From Candidatus Saccharimonadota bacterium (GTDB lineage: Archaea; Micrarchaeota; Micrarchaeia; Micrarchaeales; Micrarchaeaceae): DNA of 32,000 bases. A program made the position numbers and the translations under genes. The notes beneath the pieces are model-generated. The model had not been told where the DNA came from and made no database searches. It worked only from the letters and a program-made list of their open reading frames with translations. The DNA lies in assembly GCF_002214165.1 (NCBI RefSeq), contig NZ_CP019964.1, positions 600,001 to 632,000 on the forward strand, written 5' to 3'. Within the stretch, counting starts at the first letter, position 1. Each line of letters starts with the position of its first letter. Shown piece after piece: positions 16,740-23,425 of this stretch.

Positions 16740-17698
16740 TGACAAATCATAACCACCCTGGAAGCCCACACCATTTACAGGTGGGAGGATGTCACTTAAT
16801 CTCAATACCGATAAACAATGGGGTAGCCGACTTCATAGGCAAGAAGGGCGCGGAGGACAGCTTGGTTTACTATAACAGGATTTACAACGATGACACAATT
16901 GTTGCAATATCTCCTGCAAACTTGGATGACAAATTCTACGGGCTTGCGGAATCTATCACCTTGTCCCATATCATAGTGATAGATGCAAAATCGATAGACA
17001 AGCAGCTTGGCGAAGTGCTTATAGCCACGGCATTGGCCGGCAAGCCCACTATAATAATAGAGCATGATACAATAGACCAATCCCAATTGGAGGGCATGCT
17101 GAAGCAGCTTAACCTGCCAAATTATACAACATGCAAGATGGAGGACATACTTGGGAAGATAGCAAGCTACAAGCTTGATTCGAATGACGCTTCCGGCCAA
17201 TGCAGGGTGGACATAGACAGGTCGTTCAACGTAAAAGGCGCAGGCACGGTAGTTTTGGGCATAGTAAGAAAAGGATCCGTAAAAGTGCATGACAAGCTAT
17301 TGGGCAAAGATTCAAAGGAAGTGATTGTAAGATCCATACAAAGCCAGGACAGGGACATCCAGGAAGCAGGAGTCAGCACAAGGGTTGGGCTTGCGCTTAA
17401 GGGTGCCGATTCAGATGAATTCAAAAAGGGCGATACTTTATCAAATTATAAGATAGATCCGAAAAAGAGCATAACGGCAACGATAAACGTGAGCAGCATA
17501 AACAAGGAGGATGTCAAAGAGAAATCCTCCTATATATTCGTATCCGGATTCTCTTACACAAGCGCAACTGTAAGCTCTTTTGATGGAAAAAGCATATCCT
17601 TGGTGTTTGACAAGCCCCTATGCATAGAGAGCTCTGATTCATTCATGCTTATACGCAAGCAGGAGCCAAGGATCTTCGCTTTCGGAAAAGCGGATTGA
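16724..17698 (+). CDS. EF-Tu/SelB-like protein with degenerate G domain (pseudo-GTPase); 5' end probably disrupted by the IS
   Basis: Domain-2 beta-barrel pattern 'RVDIDRSFNVKGAGTVVLGIVRKGSVKVHDKLL...VIVRSIQSQDRDIQEAGVSTRVGLALKGADSDEFKKGDTL'. In place of the P-loop it has 'VADFIGKKGAEDS', and there is no DxxG or NKxD. Codons 16724-16795 are IS-derived sequence, and the conserved body starts at about 16796. Confidence 0.65.
   Translation: MGGIMMTNHNHPGSPHHLQVGGCHLISIPINNGVADFIGKKGAEDSLVYYNRIYNDDTIVAISPANLDDKFYGLAESITLSHIIVIDAKSIDKQLGEVLIATALAGKPTIIIEHDTIDQSQLEGMLKQLNLPNYTTCKMEDILGKIASYKLDSNDASGQCRVDIDRSFNVKGAGTVVLGIVRKGSVKVHDKLLGKDSKEVIVRSIQSQDRDIQEAGVSTRVGLALKGADSDEFKKGDTLSNYKIDPKKSITATINVSSINKEDVKEKSSYIFVSGFSYTSATVSSFDGKSISLVFDKPLCIESSDSFMLIRKQEPRIFAFGKAD
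16765..16785 (+). repeat. Right-end subterminal hairpin of the IS
   Basis: cccacac / catttaca / ggtggg gives 6 bp with a bulged A (16770). It shares the CCCACAC...GGTGGG arms with the left-end hairpin and begins 26 nt after the tnpB stop. Confidence 0.5.
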
Positions 17699-17699
17699 T

Positions 17700-18287
17700 T
17701 CAGGCCGAATTCCACACAGAATAGAAATGGTCTGTGAGCTCTTTTATCTTTTTCTTGTCGTGCACTACCTCTATGTGCTCTATGTTCTTGTGCAGGCCGC
17801 TGTACGTGAAGTTGGCGCTTCCTGTTATCGCTTCCTCCTCCCCTATGTAAAGCTTTTCATGCACAAACCTGCCTTCCACGAACTTGAACTCTATATGCCT
17901 GCGCCTCTTTGGATACCTATTGAAAGATATGATCAGAACATAGATGATGATTGCCAAAGCAGCAGCATATACCACGATAGAAAGCAGAAGCATCATCTTT
18001 GTGAAGTAAAGCGCCAATGAAAGGATGACGAATATCATTGCCGCGTATATGAGATACTTGGCATGGCTCTTGGCTATGTAATCCTTTGCAACCTCTCCGC
18101 TCGCAGCGGCCTTTGACGTTATCACCTTTATCTCTTTCCTTGACGACATCTTTACCAATTTTTTGATATAATTTTTGCTTATGAAGGGCGAGATTATGAA
18201 AAGGTACCTGTCATCGTTTGAGACCAGAGGGTCGATGTACCTGTACGACTCATTTCCGCTGTAGCTCGATGATTCTCCATGCCCCAT
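17700..18287 (-). CDS. PLD-superfamily (single HKD motif, Nuc-like) protein with an internal transmembrane hairpin
   Basis: 195 aa. HKD motif 'HEKLYIGEEEAITGSANFTYSG'. N-terminal PLD-fold strand 'RYLFIISPFIS'. Two hydrophobic helices (YLIYAAMIFVILSLALYF / LLLSIVVYAAALAIIIYVLIISF) are inserted between them. Confidence 0.7.
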   Translation of the reverse strand: MGHGESSSYSGNESYRYIDPLVSNDDRYLFIISPFISKNYIKKLVKMSSRKEIKVITSKAAASGEVAKDYIAKSHAKYLIYAAMIFVILSLALYFTKMMLLLSIVVYAAALAIIIYVLIISFNRYPKRRRHIEFKFVEGRFVHEKLYIGEEEAITGSANFTYSGLHKNIEHIEVVHDKKKIKELTDHFYSVWNSA

Positions 18288-18302
18288 GGTTATACACTTA
18301 GT

Positions 18303-18367
18303 TTATTAATTTTTACTGCGATTTAAGTTTAATATTACGGTTATAGCATATTATTAATTTTTATGCG
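18303..18367. promoter_or_regulatory. Two copies of TTATTAATTTTTA(C)TGCG in the divergent PLD/ileS intergenic region
   Basis: Copy 1 is at 18303-18320 and copy 2 at 18351-18367, identical except for one C indel. Copy 2 is centred about 33 nt upstream of the ileS ATG (GGGGGT SD-like at 18381-18386). Copy 1 is about 23 nt from the PLD start on the other strand. Confidence 0.3.
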
Positions 18368-18390
18368 TACATATTAATTGGGGGTATTAG

Positions 18391-21300
18391 ATGATAGATC
18401 TCGGAGAGATAGAAAATTTTACCAAGGAATACTGGTCAAAAGAGGATCCTATTAAAAAAATCAAAAAAGAGTCTGTGGACAAGAAAAAATATTACTTCTT
18501 GGACGGGCCTCCCTATGCGACAGGAGAGCTTGGGGTGCACCATGTCTGGGTTGGCGTTGTAAAGGATGTGATGCTTAGGTACAAAAGGTTCAGGGGCTTC
18601 TATGTCCACGATAGGGCTGGATTCGATGTCCATGGCCTTCCTATAGAGAACAAGGTTGAGCACAAGCTAGGGTTGAAGACGAAGGAGGATATAGATTCAT
18701 ACGGGATTGACAATTTCATAGAGGCATGCAAGAGCTTCGCTGACGAGCAGGTCAGCGGGATGATAGATATTTACAGGAAGTATGGTTCCTCATTGGACTT
18801 TGAGGATGCATACATACCTTACAAAAAAAATTACATGGATGCCGGATGGAGGATGTTCAAAGGGATATACGACAAAGGGCTCGTATATTCGGGAAAGAAA
18901 GCACTGGCTTACTGCCCCCACTGCGAAACAGTGCTCTCAGCCCAAGGGCCGGAGATAGAATATTCCGATGATACCGACCCGTCAATATTCGTGAGGTTCA
19001 AGGTTGATCCTGAAAGGTCAAAAGATTCAAGGATAAACATTGAGAGCAACCTTTACCTTGTCATATGGACTACAACACCTTGGACGCTTCCGTCTAACAT
19101 GGCGGTTGCGGTAAACCCTGAAGGGCTATATGTAAAGGCGCAGTTTGGGGATAATATTTATATAGTTGCAAAGGACAGGCTTGACGCATTCGCGAAGAGC
19201 ATAGACCAGAGCTTCACAGTGCTTGGAGAATTCTATGGATCAGAGCTGCAGGGGATTTATTACAAGGGCCCATTCGAAGACGAGATACCTAAGCAGAGGG
19301 AGTTTGCAAAATTCCATAGGGTATTGATGGAGAAAGGGCTTGTTTCCATGGGCGATGGAACAGGATTGGTGCATGTCGCTCCGGGGCATGGTCCAGAGGA
19401 CTTCAATGTCGGATTCAAGAATGGCATACCTATTTACTCCCCTGTAAGCGACCAAGCAGAATACACGGATGAGGCAGGCGGGCTTAAAGGGATAAAGATA
19501 CCGGATGAAGCAAACAAATTCGTGCTTGAGAAGCTTAAGAAGGATGGAAGCTTGCTTTACAGAGGATCGATAACGCACAGCTACCCCCACTGCTGGAGGT
19601 GCAACAGCAAGCTTATATACAGGTCGACAGATCAGTGGTTCATAGATATACAGAAGATAAAGGACAAGACAATAAAGGCAAACTCAAAGATAAAATGGCA
19701 CCCTAAAAACACGAAAGAGTGGCAGGACGATACACTGCGCAATTCCCCAGACTGGTGCATATCAAGGCAGAGATACTGGGGAGCGCCAATACCAATATGG
19801 AAATGCAACGACTGCGACAACACCATTGCAATAGGATCCGCCGCAGAGCTCAAGGAGAAGGCAGGCTTGAGCAAAGAGCCTGAAGACCTTCATATACCAT
19901 ATATAGACAATATAACCTTCAAATGCGACAAATGCGAAGGGACCATGCATAGGGTCAAGGACGTATTCGACGTATGGTGGGATTCTGGAATAGCGCATAC
20001 GGCAAGCTTGAGCGAAGAAGAGTGGAAGAGGCTGTTCCCCTCAGATTGGATAACCGAAAGCAGGGACCAATTAAGAGGATGGTTCTCCATGCTGATAAGG
20101 ACATCGGTTGCATTGTATGGCAAGACCCCATTCAAGGAGGTAACGATAGGGGGAATGGTTTACGATGAGCATGGGATGGAGATGCACAGGCACCTGGGAA
20201 ATCTCATACTTGCAAAGGACCTGCCCAAGTATGTGTCAGCTGATGGGTACAGGCTTTGGTGCCTTGGCAAGCCAAGATGGGAGGACCTAAAGGTAAAAGT
20301 CTCTGAGCTGAAAGAAAGCGACAACATAATTGTGACCTACTACAACATCATGAAGCTTGCGAGGGAGTTTTCAAACCTTTCGGGATCCGACTCAAAGAGA
20401 GTGAAGAAGCCGAACCTGGCACTTGCAGACAAGGATGACAGATGGATACTTTCAAGGATAAACACAATAGTGAAGAATTCCACGGAGCTATTTGATTCTT
20501 ACGGGATAGACCAGGCGATAAACCAGATGGCAGACTTCCTTGTCAATGATTTCAGCAGGACTTATTTGAAGATCGCAAAGCAGAAATCCGAGGATATGAG
20601 TACGAAGAAGCTTAGGTATCTCTCAAACCTGATAAATTACGTGCTTTACAAGTTTACGGTTATCTCATCCGTAGCGCTTCCATTTACATCGGAGTACATT
20701 TATCAGAAGCTATTTTCCATAGACGGCGGCAGCGTTTTCTATGAACCGTGGCCTAAGGCGGATATAAAGTACATTGACGATAACATAGAGAAGGAATTCG
20801 ACATTGCAAAGGAACTTTCAAGCGAGATACTGAACCTTAGAGAGAAGAACAGTGTCAGGCTTAGGCAGCCACTGTCAAACGCAAAGGTTATAACGAGGTA
20901 CAACGAGGTTGCGGATGCGGTCGCAAAGCTTTCGAACATAATAGAGTCGCTTACCAATGTAAAAACAATAAGCGCCGAGATATCTGACAACCTTAACTTG
21001 AGGATAATACCTGTATTCGCGAAGATAGGCCCTGAATTCAAGGAGAACAGCAACGTTGTATCTGATGCGCTGCGCAAAGCGGACCCTAAGGAGCTGTCGG
21101 AAGCCGTAGAAAAAGAGGGGTACTACACGTTGCATACGGAAAAGGGCAACTTCACCATAAAACCTGAGATGTACACCATATCGGAAGACCTTATAAAGGA
21201 GAACGAGGAGGAATCGAAGTACGGCCTTATATACCTTGACACAGAGATAACGGACGACCTCAAGGGCGAGCTGTTGGTAAGGGAGATTATACGCAGGATA

Positions 21301-21540
21301 CAGATGCTCAGGAAGGAAAAAGGATTCAGCAAATCCGACAGGATAAACGTATACCTGTCAGCGGACGTGGCGCTTTCAGCTCTTGTAAAAGAGAATATAG
21401 AGAGGATAAAGAAGGTCACAAACAGCAGGTCTATAGATGAAAGGCTCTCCGATGCTAATGGATTGGAGGAGGTTTCATTTGAGATATCTCCGGGAAACAG
21501 CATAAAGATAGCGATAGAGAAAAATGAAAGAGGCAAATGA
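18391..21540 (+). CDS. ileS: Isoleucyl-tRNA synthetase (signature motifs non-canonical)
   Basis: 1049 aa. 'GPPYATG', 'CPHCETVLS', editing-domain 'WTTTPWTLPSNMAVAVNP' and 'HVAPGHGPEDF', 'HSYPHCWRCNSKLIYRSTDQWFI', 'DWCISRQRYWGAPIPIW', 'DVWWDSG', 'DQLRGWF'. HIGH is replaced by GVHH (18532-18543) and KMSKS by EMHRH (20179-20193). Confidence 0.9.
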   Translation: MIDLGEIENFTKEYWSKEDPIKKIKKESVDKKKYYFLDGPPYATGELGVHHVWVGVVKDVMLRYKRFRGFYVHDRAGFDVHGLPIENKVEHKLGLKTKEDIDSYGIDNFIEACKSFADEQVSGMIDIYRKYGSSLDFEDAYIPYKKNYMDAGWRMFKGIYDKGLVYSGKKALAYCPHCETVLSAQGPEIEYSDDTDPSIFVRFKVDPERSKDSRINIESNLYLVIWTTTPWTLPSNMAVAVNPEGLYVKAQFGDNIYIVAKDRLDAFAKSIDQSFTVLGEFYGSELQGIYYKGPFEDEIPKQREFAKFHRVLMEKGLVSMGDGTGLVHVAPGHGPEDFNVGFKNGIPIYSPVSDQAEYTDEAGGLKGIKIPDEANKFVLEKLKKDGSLLYRGSITHSYPHCWRCNSKLIYRSTDQWFIDIQKIKDKTIKANSKIKWHPKNTKEWQDDTLRNSPDWCISRQRYWGAPIPIWKCNDCDNTIAIGSAAELKEKAGLSKEPEDLHIPYIDNITFKCDKCEGTMHRVKDVFDVWWDSGIAHTASLSEEEWKRLFPSDWITESRDQLRGWFSMLIRTSVALYGKTPFKEVTIGGMVYDEHGMEMHRHLGNLILAKDLPKYVSADGYRLWCLGKPRWEDLKVKVSELKESDNIIVTYYNIMKLAREFSNLSGSDSKRVKKPNLALADKDDRWILSRINTIVKNSTELFDSYGIDQAINQMADFLVNDFSRTYLKIAKQKSEDMSTKKLRYLSNLINYVLYKFTVISSVALPFTSEYIYQKLFSIDGGSVFYEPWPKADIKYIDDNIEKEFDIAKELSSEILNLREKNSVRLRQPLSNAKVITRYNEVADAVAKLSNIIESLTNVKTISAEISDNLNLRIIPVFAKIGPEFKENSNVVSDALRKADPKELSEAVEKEGYYTLHTEKGNFTIKPEMYTISEDLIKENEEESKYGLIYLDTEITDDLKGELLVREIIRRIQMLRKEKGFSKSDRINVYLSADVALSALVKENIERIKKVTNSRSIDERLSDANGLEEVSFEISPGNSIKIAIEKNERGK

Positions 21541-21684
21541 CCGGATGTGCGGCTATATATGAATAGCATTGTACTGCCAGGTTATTTTGCTGGCTTTGCA
21601 AAAGGTATTTATAATATAATGAGCAAATCCTATTGTTGTTTTCTTAATTATTTCTAATCAAATCAATTATATTAAGGTGTTATA

Positions 21685-21906
21685 TTGACAACATTTTGTG
21701 AAAGATGCAAGCGCGAGATATACAGGTATGAAGTTTGTGATTACTGCGGAAGAAAGATTTGCAATAACTGCATGAAGTCTTCCCAGAGGGCTACAAAGAC
21801 GAAAAGGCTAGTCATATGCAAGGACTGCTGGAGCGATATGGAGAAAAGGAAGGCATACAAATCCGGAAGGGCATTTAACGAGCCTGTTGAGACACACATA
21901 ATGTGA
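21685..21906 (+). CDS. Small zinc-ribbon protein (four CxxC pairs)
   Basis: 73 aa from TTG 21685, with AGGTG 6 nt upstream. CERC, CDYC, CNNC and CKDC are present. An ATG start would lose the first CxxC. Confidence 0.5.
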   Translation: MTTFCERCKREIYRYEVCDYCGRKICNNCMKSSQRATKTKRLVICKDCWSDMEKRKAYKSGRAFNEPVETHIM

Positions 21907-21940
21907 ATCTTTTTCTCTTTTTCGGTCTTTTTCTGTATTT
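21907..21940 (+). terminator. Oligo-T tract cluster after the Zn-ribbon gene
   Basis: atCTTTTTCTCTTTTTCGGTCTTTTTCTGTATTTCC has three T5 runs directly after the stop, which fits archaeal oligo-T termination signals. Confidence 0.35.
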
Positions 21941-22099
21941 CCTTGTATTATTATTTTATTATTTCAGCATTAGCCGTTTTGCCGATTCTGGATATGCCCG
22001 CTTTTGTAGATCATTGCCTATTGGTTTAGCATTGGTTTATTTAGCTTTTTAGAAAAAAATGCATATTGGATAATCGCTTATATTTTTGAATGTGGTATC

Positions 22100-23383
22100 A
22101 TGAAGGTTTATGTGAAGACTTACGGATGCACCCTCAACCAGGCGGACAGCGACATAATAAAGACGCTGCTCAAGGACAGCAATATCACCGTTTCGGATGA
22201 CGAGGCGGATTCTGATGCTGTGATAGTCAACACCTGCACTGTCAAAACCGCAACGGAGCAGAGGATAATAAACAAGCTTGAGAGACTGCAGAAGAGCGGG
22301 AAGAGGACAATAGTCACAGGGTGCATGGCTTCCGCCAACCCTGATCTCATATCAAAATACGTGCCTTCTGTAAGCATAATAACGGCCCCAAATATAAGCA
22401 GCCTTCCTGCTGCACTTGGCAAAGTTGCTGAAGGTGAAAGAGTTGTATACGACAGATATGGGGCTGTTGACAGGATGTCCTATTTCAAGCCAGGCAGCGG
22501 CATAATATCACGAATCCCGATAGGGGATGGGTGCCTGAGCAACTGCGCATTCTGCGAGACCAAGAGGGCAAGAGGCCCTCTGAACAGCTTCTCCTCAGAC
22601 CTCATAGCTAAGGCGATCTCTTACAGCGTCCGGAAGGGGGCAAAGGAGATAGAACTGACATCTCAGGATGTCGGGGCGTATGGAGCAGACAGAAAGAGCA
22701 GCATCGCGGAGCTACTGGACAAGATAAAAACCCTTGACATAGGAGATGACTACTATATAAGGATAGGGATGCTTAATCCGGAGCATGCTCTTAAGCATAT
22801 AGAGGCATTCACAGATGCGCTTAACAGCGGCCATTTTTACAAATTCATACACCTTCCTGTGCAGTCGGGAAGCGACTCGGTACTTAAGGACATGAACAGG
22901 GATTACGACATTTCGCAGTTCTATGAGGTTGTTGACAGGCTCAGGTCCAATGTGAAGGATCTTATGCTTGAAACCGATATAATAGTCGGATACCCTACGG
23001 AGAAGGAAAAGGATTTTGAGGAAACCCTCGAGATGGTGAAAGATGTAAAGCCTGACGTATCAAACCTTTCAAAGTTCGCAAGAAGGCCCCATGCAAGGGC
23101 ATCGAAGCTTGAGCAGCTTTCGGAGAACGAGATAAAGAGAAGGAGTGTTGAGGCAACACGCATCATACGCAGGGTCCAGAATTCGATAAACAAAAAACTC
23201 ATCGGCACATCGCAGGATGTGATGCTCACGGAAAGGACGGGGATTTCGATAAACGGCAGGAACCCGTCATACAAGCAGGTAATAATAGCTGGAGAAAGCG
23301 ATGGCCTTGAATTGGGAGACAGATGCAAAGTGAAAATATACTCGTCGACATCAAACGCTTTATATGGGAAAGTGCTAAATTGA
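22100..23383 (+). CDS. Archaeal-type MiaB-like radical-SAM methylthiotransferase (MtaB/CDKAL1-like tRNA modification enzyme)
   Basis: 427 aa. UPF0004 N-domain 'MKVYVKTYGCTLNQADSD...VNTCTV', radical-SAM 'GCLSNCAFCETK' (CxxxCxxC), 'HLPVQSGSDSVLKDMNR', and a C-terminal TRAM-like segment. Confidence 0.85.
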   Translation: MKVYVKTYGCTLNQADSDIIKTLLKDSNITVSDDEADSDAVIVNTCTVKTATEQRIINKLERLQKSGKRTIVTGCMASANPDLISKYVPSVSIITAPNISSLPAALGKVAEGERVVYDRYGAVDRMSYFKPGSGIISRIPIGDGCLSNCAFCETKRARGPLNSFSSDLIAKAISYSVRKGAKEIELTSQDVGAYGADRKSSIAELLDKIKTLDIGDDYYIRIGMLNPEHALKHIEAFTDALNSGHFYKFIHLPVQSGSDSVLKDMNRDYDISQFYEVVDRLRSNVKDLMLETDIIVGYPTEKEKDFEETLEMVKDVKPDVSNLSKFARRPHARASKLEQLSENEIKRRSVEATRIIRRVQNSINKKLIGTSQDVMLTERTGISINGRNPSYKQVIIAGESDGLELGDRCKVKIYSSTSNALYGKVLN

Positions 23384-23425
23384 TTCGGTGCTTATAGCAG
23401 ATTTAATTAATGCATTCAAAATGGT

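Larger units (their letters stand above)
15433..16798 (+). mobile_element. TnpB-only (tnpA-less) IS200/IS605-family element; ends inferred, +/- a few nt
   Basis: A single tnpB ORF is flanked by similar subterminal hairpins (15453-15473 and 16765-16785), with no transposase gene. End positions are inferred from hairpin spacing and from an in-frame reconstruction of the interrupted flanking gene (see findings). Confidence 0.6.

Noticed and set aside
16736-16742. C-box-like ATGATGA suggesting a C/D box sRNA
   Set aside because: There is no CTGA D box or C'/D' pair at appropriate spacing downstream, and the motif is simply the tnpB stop region.
16724-16795. N-terminal 24 codons (MGGIMMTNHNHPGSPHHLQVGGCH) of the EF-Tu-like ORF as genuine coding sequence
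   Set aside because: The segment overlaps the tnpB stop and contains the IS right-end hairpin, so it is more likely IS sequence read through in frame than native protein.
17700-18287. PLD-like gene plus neighbouring TnpB as a defence island
   Set aside because: There are no partner genes (RM, TA, Cas, Argonaute, ATPase/helicase) nearby. The PLD gene is monocistronic and convergent with its neighbour, so a defence role would be pure speculation.
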